A DNA stretch of 64,000 nucleotides from Nageia nagi (taxonomy: Eukaryota; Plantae; Pinophyta), in contig JBITNC010000001.1 in assembly GCA_050084985.1 (NCBI GenBank), positions 8,680,001 to 8,744,000 of the forward strand, written 5' to 3'. This document shows positions 1 to 11,724 of this stretch, piece by piece. How positions within the stretch are numbered: the stretch's first letter is position 1; each line of letters starts with the position of its first letter. The position numbers were made by a program, and so were the translations under genes. The notes beneath the pieces were generated by a model. The model saw only the letters and a list, made by a program, of their open reading frames with translations, did no database searches and was not told where the DNA came from.

Positions 1-584
1 AAACGAGGAGGGAGACTGCCAAGCAATGACAAGGTCATGCTCTCAGTCAGTCTTGCTACTGCTGCATTTGGCAGAGGAGGGTGAGGGCGAGAGAGAGAGG
101 GCGAATATCCCCATATTTGCTTTAAAATTTAAAAAAATAAATAAATTGCCTCTAAAAATTATTTCCCTCTATTTGCATTAAGATTTTTGCAAAAATAAAA
201 AAATTAGAGAAAAAAATAAAGTATTATGTAAATATTACACCTTGGCAATGCTTGTAATAGAGTTATTAATCAATGCTACTAACAAACAAAATGTTAGTAA
301 AAATATTTGCATTACATAGTATCCTCTTAAAAGGTATATCATGTATTAAGCATTTTGTAAAAAAATACTACTAACATAAGAGGTTAGTATAGGAAAAAAA
401 AATTGTTTGCATTGCCATTTTGATCATATTTTGCAAAAATAAGCTCCAATATCTCATAAAATATGTTAATATCTAATGCAATAATCCATAAGATAACCAA
501 ATGAGGAGGAAATTTATACCTTCTCTTAGTTTTACCTCACCAATGGGGTGTAAGATGAGGAATGAAGAAGGATCACCAAGATGT

Positions 585-641
585 AGCTTCCACACCAAAA
601 AGAAAAGCTTTCACACCAAGAAGAAGAGCTTTCACACCAAG
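585..641. repeat. 21-bp tandem repeat (about 3 copies, AGCTTTCACACCAAGAAGAAG) in the internal leader of an LTR element
   Basis: Units start at 585, 606 and 627, directly beside the PBS-like motif at 641-653. Confidence 0.85.
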
Positions 642-1146
642 CTCTTGATACCAATTGAAGGAATTAGATCTACTCTAATCCTCAAGGTCCAAGACTATAG
701 AAAACTCAATCATTCAACATCTACAAGCTAATAACACCATTCACACAAGATAACACAAATATAATGTGGTTCCTCCCTCCTTGAGAGTACATCCACAATT
801 AGATCTCAATTCTCAATCTATGCACCCTCTTACAACAATTCCTTTCTCTTCTACACAAACTAGTAGAGTAATCTTACTCCAAAAACTTAGTTATGTTACA
901 AGAGGAGAGACCTTCTATTTATAGCATGAGAGCACCTCCCTAACCTCCCTTTAACCCAAGGGTAAGGTTAGGGTTACAATAAATATATGACCTAACTTTA
1001 ACCTACCAACTAACCACTTGGTAAGGTCAAAGTTTACATAATAAAGAATTCAATTAATCCCTTAAGGTATCTAAATATCCTTTAAGTGATTAATTGAATT
1101 TACAAGGAGTTTAGATATTCACAATATTTCATTACAAATTCTAACA
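641..1146 (-). mobile_element. 5' LTR (656-1146) with tRNA-iMet PBS of a truncated LTR retrotransposon
   Basis: TG(656)...CA(1146) ends. GCTCTTGATACCA at 641-653 is the reverse complement of TGGTATCAGAGC with a 1-nt insertion. Reverse TATA CTATTTATAG near 915. Shares motifs with the solo LTR at 60290-60783. Confidence 0.75.
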
Positions 1147-1569
1147 TTTTGAAACCATGCGCTTGAAACTGCTCCAACTTGCTGTTTTCGACCTTCATTT
1201 CGACCTGGGCAGCTCTTGGGTCTAGGCGCATGTCCCAAAAAGACAAAATTTTATCATTTTGAGGCATGCTCTAGGCCTTGAGATGGCCCAGTTTCACTTG
1301 GCTTGACTTGGACTCGACTTGGGTTCCCCTATTTTGCCTAAACTGGACTTATGATTTCCAGACTTAGTCATTTTCGAAGAATCTTGGGCTTTGTTTGACA
1401 TGGCTAAGACCAGATGGATAGTAACACTTAGGCTTTGGATAATAGGCTTGACAACTAGGTAGGCAAAGCTTTCAAATAGGCGTGATGTAGACATGACATT
1501 TTGTGGACCTGAGTTGCAGTGGGTTCCAAAAATCACAAGATTTTGGGTTGTATTATGTTATTCACAACA
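1147..1569 (-). mobile_element. Truncated terminal fragment of the same family as the 5.9-kb unit at 17763-23661
   Basis: 1503-1569 (...CCAAAAATCACAAGATTTTGG...TTCACAACA) matches the reverse complement of 17763-17830. It contains the same GGCGCATG..CAAAAAGACAAAA..TTTTGAGGCATG palindrome near 1225-1270. Confidence 0.75.
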
Positions 1570-2257
1570 GAAGGAAACCTTGGAGGTTGGGGACCTGAAG
1601 GTGGAGGAGATGGATAAGATGGAGGTTTGGCCATTTGTGCTTGTGTTCTTTTCCTTGTCTCATTTTTTTCTGATTGAGTCTTCAAGTAGGCATTTATTTT
1701 CCTCTAGACATCAACATCCATATGGGGGCAAGGTCTAACATTTTTCCTAGAAATTCTTGCTAAATTGAACTTCATCCTAAATACCCCTCCAGTAATAGGT
1801 TCATTGCAAAAATTGTATTAGTTGTTGTCAAATAAGCCCAATAAAGATCCCTTTTTGCCCCTTGTTCTTGTCTAGGTTGTCCTTGTGAAGAACTCATGGC
1901 TGTAGTTGTAAAAACAAAAAAACAAACAAACAATTTCACAAGGGGCAAGCAATCATAGACATTAGAAAAAATAGCAAGAATACCCACTAAAACTAATAAG
2001 CAAACTAGGAAAAAAACAATAGAAAAGATTGAAGAGAAATACCTAACAAAACTGAAAAATCCTCGGACAAATCTTTAGAACTTACTTGAATGTGTTGGAA
2101 TCTAGTTGAAATCGTGATTTTCTGGGTTAAAAATTGGCTAAAAATCACAACATCATCAAAAATGAAAAAATCAGAACTGGTTCAAAAAACTCAGTTGCTT
2201 ACCCGATCCCAATTTTTGGCTGATTCTTCCGATTAATCACCGATTTTTACAACACTC
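1570..2257 (-). mobile_element. 5' remnant of a hAT transposon (BED zinc-finger region and one terminus)
   Basis: The minus strand reads KRDLYWAYL...FCNEPITGGVFRMKFNLARISRKNVRPCPH, parallel to the BED finger of the hAT at 37132-37800. The end GATTTTTACAACACT with CCGATT repeats resembles a hAT terminus. Confidence 0.65.
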
Positions 2258-2526
2258 TGCATTATAATGATGTAACATTAGAAACAGTAGGTAGTTTCTG
2301 TGAAGTTGCATGGACCAATCCAATACATCACCTTTGGAATATATGTTCTGGCATGCATTGATCTAACATATGTACAACATATGTCATTGAGATTCATAAT
2401 GTCAGTCATGATTGTCCAGTATAATTGTAGGCATTCTTCTTAATCCATCATGTAACTAGAATGGATACCGATACATTAATGTTTGACAACAGATTATTAA
2501 AAGAAGATGATGTGTTACTTTTTTAG

Positions 2527-2648
2527 CATGGATGCAATCCTTCTTACACACTAAGGGTATGACGAATGCAAGATCTGACCTTTCTTATGTTTTCTGTTGA
2601 AAACATTATAAAGGCAGCTAATCTTCTAGATAAGGTTGATGCAAACAG
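2527..2648 (+). CDS. Lipase exon A (HGCNPSYTLRV*RMQDLTFLMFSVENIIKAANLLDKVDAN); alternative start ATG at 2566
   Basis: Acceptor TTTTAG| and donor AG|GTAAC. Phase 2 joins the next exon to give AGC (Ser). Confidence 0.6.
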
Positions 2649-3678
2649 GTAACTTGTTTACAGTTCAATCGATTTAATGCGTTATATCAGGGATGTGATG
2701 TCATTATTATGATGCCTAAAGATCTGAATAATATCATATTATCAACAATCATATGTATGAATTCTCTCAACACTATAGACTGTCTTGTGTTCGATACTAT
2801 AGGTTTTTGTGACATAATATTTACAACAGTTATATAAGTTACAGCTTGCATGCAACCAATATTTTTTTCCAATTTGCTTCTTGTAGAAGAGATACTAGAA
2901 TTCCCCAATTATGCATTTGATGTTGGTGGATTATTGTTGTGTAAAACTAAATGAAAATTATGAAAGCCATGGAAATTCATTAGTACCTCACATGTGCAGT
3001 AGGAATCAATGTATATGGAAAAAGAAGGCATCCTTCCTATGTTTTTTTGCCTTATTAACAATCTGGATGGCTGCCTGAACATTTGCTTTTCTTTTGTTTT
3101 TATTTTCTTTTTTTTGCTTCATATATCAAATAACTGCATTTTTTAGATGATTGTATGGGTGAATGGGGATATTCAGAGCATTCACTGCCTGTATTTCTCC
3201 TTGAGAAACACATCATCCTAACATTAGTTTTATGTAGCTGACTCATCCAAAGGGGCCTATGTTTTGTGTACCTTATCTGCTATCCATAATGGATGTTCTC
3301 ATATTTCCTAGTCTCATTCATTTATGCCATATATTGAATGAATGTTTTTAAAAGCCTTCATTGCTGAAATTCTTCCTTGGCAACACACAATACTAACTTT
3401 TAGTTTTATGTGGCTGATGGTCCTCCAAGGACTTGATTAGTTGCGCAGAAGTGATGCTTTCCCATTTTTATCTCTTGTTTTTATTCCCTTTGATTCTTTT
3501 ATTTCTTCAACTCTTTGAATTTCCTTCGTTTATCTAACCGTGTATGTATGGCATGGACCTTTCCTTATTTCTTACAATAGCTGGTTCTGATTTGTGAAAC
3601 AAAATCTATAAATTTTTTGGAGAACCAATTCAGTGTGTAGCTTTTTAGAGTTTTCTAATTTAATTGATTTGAATCTAG

Positions 3679-3766
3679 CAATGAATTTGAAGAAATGTGC
3701 CACTGGTTGAAGTGGGCTATAGCTGCCTATAAAACAGATCGAAGGTCTGTAGCAGAATGTTTACAG
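3679..3766 (+). CDS. Lipase exon B (SNEFEEMCHWLKWAIAAYKTDRRSVAECLQ)
   Basis: TCTAG| acceptor, CAG|GTTTG donor; 88 nt restores phase 0. Confidence 0.8.
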
Positions 3767-3911
3767 GTTTGTTTTTGCCATTTCACTCTAAGGTTCTTTA
3801 ATCTTTTCTTATTGTACAAAGTACTTATCTTCTAACACAAGAAGACATTTTTATGCAGAAGATGCCTTACTTTCGATGTACTGATATATTTCCATTTGGG
3901 AAAATTTTCAG

Positions 3912-4084
3912 ATCAGTGAGATGCAGATTAAAAAGCATGTAAGGACAGCTGCTGTTTTGAGGCCATCATATTATATTGCAGTTGATAATGTTAAGCAATG
4001 TTTAGTGATGGCTATTCGTGGGACACGGTCTACCACAGACATCGTGACAGACTTGAACCCTCATAGTGAAAAGTTTGAAAAAGG
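3912..4084 (+). CDS. Lipase exon C (ISEMQ...RPSYYIAVD...AIRGT...EKG)
   Basis: TTTTCAG| acceptor, GG|GTATC donor; IRGT oxyanion-region motif of Lipase_3. Confidence 0.9.
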
Positions 4085-4323
4085 GTATCATCTCACTTTG
4101 TTACTTGTTATTTAACATTTCAATGCATTGCATGTTTTACTGTGTGCTCTGCCTAAGTCTGCATAGAGCTAGTTCCTGTATTGGTCTGCTTTTGTGCTAA
4201 ACTCTAGTCCGTGCTTGATATAGAGCTAGTTCCTTTCACCTGTTTTATTTAGTTGCAACCATTAATTTAATTTCAATTCATTTATATCATCTTTTCAACT
4301 AAACTCTAAAATCAAATTGTCAG

Positions 4324-4411
4324 GCATGCACATTCAGGGATGCTTGCAGCTGCAAAATGGTTGATGGAGGAGGAGCATGAAAATATTCAAATACTAATGG
4401 CAACATATCCT
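4324..4411 (+). CDS. Lipase exon D (HAHSGMLAAAKWLMEEEHENIQILMATYP)
   Basis: TGTCAG| acceptor, CCT|GTATG donor; HxGM motif. Confidence 0.9.
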
Positions 4412-4686
4412 GTATGTTTTTTTTCCTAAAATATTGATTAGAGAAACTGACCATATAGAACCTTTTTCGTAATGTTTTTTGACATCTATTTTCAGTTTAC
4501 TTAGGTTATTTTGTCGGGAATTTTTCTGGAGTTTTTGTTAAGGTTATAGGAAGTTAGGAACCAATAGCTGGGAAATGCAGTCCCCTTAAATCATATTTAT
4601 TTTTGTTTGGATGATTGATTTTTATCTCTCGTGAATTCATTTTTTGCTTAAGATATAATTGGTTAATGCATTTCCTTTGTTGTCAG

Positions 4687-4880
4687 GGATATAAATTTGT
4701 GCTCACAGGGCATTCTCTTGGGGCAGGGACTGCATCTTTGCTCTGCATATTACTTCAAGAGAAGTTTTTGAAGCTTAATATTCCCAATTCTTTGTTATTT
4801 TGTTGGGGATTTGGATGCCCCCGTGCATGGATGAGAAACTTTCACAAGAAGCTGCTTCCATTAAGAATCTTATTCTTCAG
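4687..4880 (+). CDS. Lipase exon E with GHSLG nucleophile; -1 frameshift at 4818-4822
   Basis: GYKFVLTGHSLGAG...GFGCP in one frame continues as PCMDEKLSQEAASIKNLILQ in another. The exon is 194 nt where 195 is needed. CAG|GTTTA donor. Confidence 0.9.
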
Positions 4881-7429
4881 GTTTATAAAATGCCGTCTTT
4901 AATTTTTGTTTTTTACATGTTGAGAAACAGCCCTTTTGATTTAATTTGTATGTCTTATACTGTTATAGACAGTTTGGGTTTCGTTTTATAATTATATTAC
5001 TTTTAACTCTATTAGTTCCTGTAAAATTTGTTTTTTGATTTTTCAATATTACTATAAGCAAAAGTTTCATTACAAGCATTTGTACTATAGTTCTGAACCT
5101 ACTATAGTCTGTTAGTTTTCTTTTTGAGTTTGATTAGTGTACAAAAAGGAGTTCACTTACTAAAGCACACGATTTATAATTGTTCATGATAGTGATGGTT
5201 GGATGATGCTAATGACAAATAAATTGATAGTAATTTTTATATCTAACATTTTCTTGATACAAATTAAAATAAATGATGAAAGTTTCAAGGTAGCAAAAAT
5301 ATGAAGAAATGCATAATAACTAAAATATTGATTCTACATACTAGTGATTGGATGTAAACTATATATTTATACATCATTTAGGCTGATGAGGAATATGAAC
5401 TTTCATTTCCTTGCGCTTTCATTGCCCCATTAAAATCCTTGAGTTCTATTGTTTCTATTAGTTTACTTTTATCCTTTTCAAGCCTCTTTTCTGACTTTTG
5501 TCTTAATGTCAGTTCACTTCTTTCTTTGTATAGGATGTAATTTGCAAGCTCAAAATTATAGCATGCAAGTGTATAGGGGAGTCATCTATACTTAGAATGC
5601 TGGTAAAAGTTACTGTAACAAATCTTATTGCCTATAATGAATAGGGTTGCTTCAGTCATCAAGGCTACAAGGATCAAGTAATCTATTCCATGGTCTTGAT
5701 GAACCACTAGAACATGTTCCTTCTTTTTCCTTGTCGAAAAACCTTTCCTTTTCTGCGATCTATGTTTGAAAACTGTTCCAAACATCTTCATTTATCTTTT
5801 TGTGTAGAATTTTGGTTTATGCTTTCTGACATTTCATCGGGGTTTATATTTTATAAGAATCAAATTTATAGGAGTGTAGTCTATAGATATGAAATACTTA
5901 TATTTTTTTAGCTCTAAACTTTAGGTTGCTGAAAGGGCACTCCCTCAAATAAGAATAGTAGGGATCATGATTCACATCATTCGATTCGATGGTTGCTTAC
6001 CCCCGATTCGTTGCTCGCAAATAATAATAGTAGGGGAAGTAACGAAGACAATACTGGGTAAGCAGCCAATAAACCAACCCACTTATTATATTTTGAGCGC
6101 TTTCCTCTACCACAAGACAATCCAATTTACCAACTATTAGTGGCGCATAGGCCCTACTATTAGAATAAGGCAACTTTGAAGAATTTGATCTAGTTTTTTT
6201 ACCAATATACATTATTGGGTTTGTGTATGATGCATTTATAGGTTTCGCTTTTGTTCCAATTATCATCCCTATTTACATTGTTCTAGAGATTTTCCATTTT
6301 AATTGTTTCTCTTAGGTGTGTGGTGCAATGATCAACTTTGGAAATGACCCTCATGTCCATAAGCATGTATGGCACATGGTGATTTCTAGCATATGAGTGT
6401 TTCATCAAAGTGACATAAGTTTAAGCAACAGTTTGTAATCGTCAATTGAGACTATCTAGATGGGCGTCTCTCAATCTAAGGCTTGTTGCACAAGCTTTTC
6501 TTTTTAAAGGGAATGCCTCTCCACTTTGGAACATAAACGCATTTGGGAATATTTTAAGGACACCTTATACTTGAAGTCAGTTATGGCTTTGAGGTGTGCC
6601 GAAGCTTGGGACATCTTGATTAAATGTGTATTGAGTATCTTCATGCGATCCTTCTCCTATGTGTGATCCAATACAAAAGGATTATCCGTTGGTATATTTT
6701 CAAGTCAAATTCTCTTCCTAGTTGCTTCATCTTGAGAGCATCTTTAGGATTGTCATCTATCTCTATGAACATAAATGCATGGCCAACAATATGATGGTTA
6801 GGAAGAGAAATCCTTACATAGACCTTTACTTTTTTGAGTGAGTAGCGGCTAGATGTTTGTGAGGATGGCACTTTTAGGGATACCTTATCCTTTGGTCTAT
6901 TGAAGTCTCTATAGATCATAATGTTTAAACTCAGACTGCAGAAAAACTTGACAAGCCTTTGGCTTGGAAAAAACTTGGTAAAAATATTGGCAAAAACTTT
7001 AGAATAAAAACATATTGTTTTTCTTTTCAAATAACTAAGTAAATATCTTGAGTCATTGAGAAACTCAGCGAGAACTTGCTAGTCAACTACAAATTCGGCA
7101 AAAAATTTAATCAACATAAAAAATTTGTGAGTTGAATGTGAGTACTCATTTTGAACGATTACGCATGAGTACTTGCTTGACTCAAAGTTTTGAGTACTGC
7201 GGTGTAGATGCGATCCCTCAATTTAGACACTCCTAGAATTCCCTTCTTCTTCTGCCAAACAAGAAGTGAGCCAATAAATTAATAAAGTAAGACATATATT
7301 GTCTATATATTCCTATCACATGAATCTCTCCACCTCAAACTCGTAGTAAAACAATGGATTTCTATGTTGAATGTTTCCATAATACTAAGGATGATCTGAT
7401 TTCCTGTCATGATTATCTTCAATGGCATT

Positions 7430-7640
7430 CCATTCATATCCTTCAGATCTCAATCAGTTAAAATAAAGTTTCCTCTCATCAAATGCAAGTTGAGATTGAT
7501 CACAACATTCCCAAGGATGACAAGAAATCTTGCAAGTTTTCCATGCATAAGGTAGAGATTGAAGAGCACTTCATCTTCATGTGTCCTATCTATTATGAAT
7601 TCAAGGAAGATTTATCCACTTGTTCAAATGCTCAAGAGGA
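7430..7640 (+). mobile_element. Degenerate non-LTR retrotransposon (LINE) C-terminal zinc-finger fragment
   Basis: IPKDDKKSCKF..HKVEIEEHFIFMCPIYYE resembles the C..C..E..EH...C motif at the end of LINE ORF2. Confidence 0.55.
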
Positions 7641-9858
7641 TAATTTGTTGCATATATTTTGTAATGACTCCTTATTTGGCCTACGCTGGTTACACTTTTT
7701 TTCGGTGATGCCATTATTAGAAATAATATTATATAAATAGGAGCATATGTAGTGTTCATTATAATAATTGGAAAATCATATCTTCATTGCTCAATCACAA
7801 TATTTGGAGGTTTCCCCTTTGAAGTGGCAAATCTATTGGAGGTTTACCTCTTGAAGTGTTGGAAGCTATCATCTTTGGACTTCTATTCATTGATATCTTG
7901 GATTAGGCTGGTGCAAGTCATTCTTCATTTGACATTATACAGCGATATTATTCTTTGATTGCTTTTCAATTTTGTTTTTTTAATATAATTATTCTGTTTT
8001 TTTATCAACATATTTATATATTCACGAGGCACTCACTATTAGGTCTCACAAATTGTGAGAGATCTTGAAGACCACCAAACTGATTGCTTCTTTCTTTCCT
8101 TCTTGCCAGTTAGGGGTACCAACACCATTTTCATGCTATCGAAACAAAATTTGATAAGAACCAAATTGTGAAGGTATGTCTCTTTGCACAAACTTTTATT
8201 GTCAGCACCACTATCCCTCTCTTGGCATCGTGCTTGTTGCTTTTTGACATTATGTACCAACTTTTCTTTGATCACGAATTCCATCTAAGTAGAGACATGT
8301 GACAATGTTCTTGTCATCCTCTAAAAATTAGATGAACTTAGATGGTAGAGTTTTGTGATGTTGCAGTGTTTTCTTGCCTTGGACGTTTTCGCATGAGCAT
8401 CATGTGATCATGTATCAATTCTTTCAAGTACATGATATGACAATCATGCTTATCCTATCACCTAACAAATCTATGTCAGTTAGATTTAATTTAGATTCAT
8501 TTGCAGATTTTAGTTTTGGCATTGTTTAAGCATGCACTACTAAATAATATTGTATCATGCTCTAGCTGTTGTATTTTTTTTAAGTGCTTATAAGTTATAT
8601 CTTTAGCGATAAACTTTTTCTATCTTTCAAACTCCTTTGGGCTTGTAGAAATTCCTGGTAATGTTGGAAGTCAAAGCTCTTCTTAATGTTCGAAGTGTTC
8701 TGTTGACCCAACGCCAGCGCTAGTGTACCTGTTCCAATGCCATCGCCCACATCAGCATCCATGCCCATGTCAGCACTAGCGCTGTCCTTTATGTTGTTTC
8801 GTGTGTGTTGTTTCATTTCCTGTTTTCTGAGAAGTATTAGAGTTTAGATTGGTGGTGTTTCATACTCTGGATTGCTCCTGAATTCAGAATTCGAATGTAT
8901 ATGGCTTTTGTTTTGTCCGGAAAAAGGTTGGAGTGTAATGAGATAGAAGTTTGGTTCAAGTATTGCATGTATGTATTGTGGTGGTGTGATATTAATAAAA
9001 TAGACTCCATTACTGTCTCTGTTCAGTTTTTGCTCCATTGTTGAATGTTTTATTTTAGCATATATACTTCAAGTAATTCTTCATGAAAATCACAAAATGT
9101 TATAGAGAAGACGGAACACTAAAATAAATTTTCAATTTTATTTATTATATAATATGTTACACTTGATACAATGTGTGATAATGGAGTGTCAAAGACTCAA
9201 ATTTCATCTCCAACAAAACCTTTTATGTTCTTTCATAAGAAAACAAAGTCTATGTCTTTGAGGTTATACTCAAAAGACAATTGTTGTTATCTCCCATATA
9301 AAGGTGAAATACATGCCTAAACAGTATTTCCAACACCCTCTCTTAATGTCGATGATCTTTTCTTGCAAACTCACGTTCCTTCTCTATAGAAAAACCTCTG
9401 TAGAATATTGTTGTGAAACTCTCTTTGCAATGCATCTTTTCAACATTTCTTTGGAATGTTTCCTTGTAGTATCATGAGGATGAGAATGAGCATAGGCTTT
9501 GGCTTAACCTTATCCTTGCATTGATATCATATGGTTTTACCTACCCATCTTGGGTTAGGGTTATGACCCAATACATCTTTATGCTATCTTCTTATTTGCT
9601 TGCATTTCTTACATTGTATATCATGTTTTGAACCTTAGACATAGATTTTGGTGGTTCTTTAGTTTCAGTCTCCTTTCATTTTGGTCACATGGTGACAAAC
9701 CTATCAATTCCGGCTTACCCATTTGTACTTCAGATTAAATAGGATGTAGCTATAGAGTTAAAGTCTGTAGGAGAAACCATACTGATAACCCTCTTTTGAA
9801 GCAATGATCATACTACAATTTCCAGCTCTAAAATTTTAACCTGAAATCACCCTCTACA

Positions 9859-11724
9859 TGTTAGGAATTATGTGTGAGGTTGTTAGTATGTGAGTCTCAG
9901 GTGTTGTTTGTTAGAGGAAGAAGACAAATATGTTTGTTACCCTCAACAAACTGTTGTGTGTGCAATTATAGGAACCTTGTGAAAATTTGTTAGAAGCAAT
10001 AAGACAACCAAGTTGGTTGCATGATATAACTATAAATACTTACATCTATAATGAAATAGATACTGGAGTATTCTTAAATCCTCTCATGGTATCAAAGCTG
10101 GAAATGGGTTGGTGAGGTTGCCCTCCCCCCCGAATATGTGGAGATATACATTACTATTTCTCTGCTGTAAATATGTACATAGAAAATGTAGTTAATTTTT
10201 GATAAGAGTAGGAAAGCATAGAAATAGGAGAAATAATGGCAAGGCATGGAATTCACTACACGATGGATAGGAGGATTCAATGTCAACAGTAAATGGAGAT
10301 GGGTGGTCAAACACAATGACTTTAGCTGGAAAGTCTTTATTCTACGTTAGAAAAGATTCGATCTTTTCAGAACGATGTTTTGGTGAAGAGGATGGTCTTA
10401 TGTGTTTCGAGAAGACGACGGTGTACCATAGGAACTTGGGCACATGTCATTCGAAAAGAGGCTTGTGATGTTCGACATGATCTGCTGCAAAACATAACAT
10501 AACGTAGCATGTCATCAACAGGATTTGAACGGTAAACCTCAGGCTAGTTGCTTGCATCGGTGTCAGATCATTCAAGAAGGAGTCTCTCATTGTGTTAGTA
10601 ATGGGGAAAGAATGCTTATATTTGTTTTTGTTTGGTATGTATTTTGAAGTAGTTTTATAGTTTAAATAAATTATATGACAATACTAATCTTTAATTACTA
10701 TTGTTATAATAGATTTTTTACATGTAGAATTTAGAAAAAAATTGGAGTGCATGGTTGATGTTACTCGACATTCCTAGCACTTGGATTGAAGATGCTTCGA
10801 GTTGTCATAGGCAATCAAAGAAAATTAAAACTTGACCTCTAGTAGACAGAGTGAACCTCGTATGTAGTAGCTTACTGTATTACATTTGGCGGTTGTAGCG
10901 ACTGGTCATCCATGCAGTCTGGTAAGATGAAGAGATTACCATAAGGACGCTCTAGAACGCTCATGGAGATAATGGCAAGCTTTAAAATTGTATGGTAAAT
11001 TACGATCTATACATGTGAATGGTTGTGTTTGTTCCCATTCACAAGTAGATAGATGCGATTGGTTGTGTTTGTCCCCAATCACAATTGTTGAAGATGATTG
11101 GTTGTGTATGTCTCGAATCATATGTTGTAAATGGTAGTGTGTGTCCCTATTTACAACTTTATACTTTGGATAATGTATGCATCCTTATCCAGTTATGTGT
11201 GATTGGTTGTGTGTGCCCCCAATCACAGGTAGGTGAACTGTAGTGTGTCTCCCTATTCACAACTATGGTGTTTGGATAGTGTGTATGCCCCTAATCAGTT
11301 GAAGTGGTAAATCATTGATGGTCAAATGAAGAAGCATAGAGAGGCGAGTTCCACTATTGCTTATCACCAATAGATGTGTAAGTCCCTATTCATACCTAGT
11401 ATATTGATGAACAAGAATATGCTCATCAAGCAGTTATTAGTACACTATCCCCATTTAGAGATTGATGTAATAAGGGGGAGTGTTAGGAATTATTACATCA
11501 TAAGAATTATGTGTGAGGTTGTTAGTGTGTGTCTCATGTGTTGTGTTTGTTAGAGGAAGAAGACAAACATGTTTGTTATCCTCAATAAACTATTGTGTGT
11601 GCAATTATAGGAACCTTGTGTAAGTTTGTTAGAAGCAATAAAATAACAAAGTTGATTGCATGATGTAACTATAAATACTTACATCTATAATGAAATAGAT
11701 AGTGGAGTATTCTAAATCCTCTCA
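9859..11724 (+). mobile_element. 1.87-kb non-autonomous (TRIM-like) Copia-derived LTR element
   Basis: LTRs 9859-10086 and 11481-11724 (TG..CA, clearly alignable). PBS TGGTATCAAAGC at 10087-10098, PPT TAAGGGGGAG at 11471-11480, TSD CTACA/CAACA (4/5). No intact ORF. Confidence 0.9.
11014..11390 (+). repeat. Array of nine stem-loops with a conserved 11-12-nt loop and variable but complementary stems
   Basis: Examples: TGTGAATGG-ttgtgtttgttc-CCATTCACA (11014-11043), GTTGTAAATGG-tagtgtgtgtcc-CTATTTACAAC (11124-11157), TGGATAA-tgtatgcatcc-TTATCCA (11167-11191), TGTGATTGG-ttgtgtgtgccc-CCAATCACA (11198-11227). Confidence 0.85.

Noticed and set aside
501-731. 76-aa ORF with KKKSFHT repeats
   Set aside because: By-product of a 21-bp tandem repeat running into an LTR; no gene context.
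3148-3240. Possible extra lipase exon after TTTTAG
   Set aside because: No convincing donor site or family motif; exons A and B already join in phase.
5383-5415. CTGATGAG followed by a short stem, resembling a hammerhead ribozyme core
   Set aside because: The required GAAA after stem II is absent and no stems I/III are found.
6250-9800. Scattered Copia/gypsy-like peptide scraps (e.g. KQLGREFDLK) and a GC-rich hexamer-like stretch at 8700-8790
   Set aside because: Too degenerate to assign boundaries or family; treated as old TE debris.
11014-11390. CRISPR-like repeat-spacer appearance
   Set aside because: Eukaryotic LTR-element context, degenerate repeats, short linkers and no cas genes; reported instead as a hairpin array.
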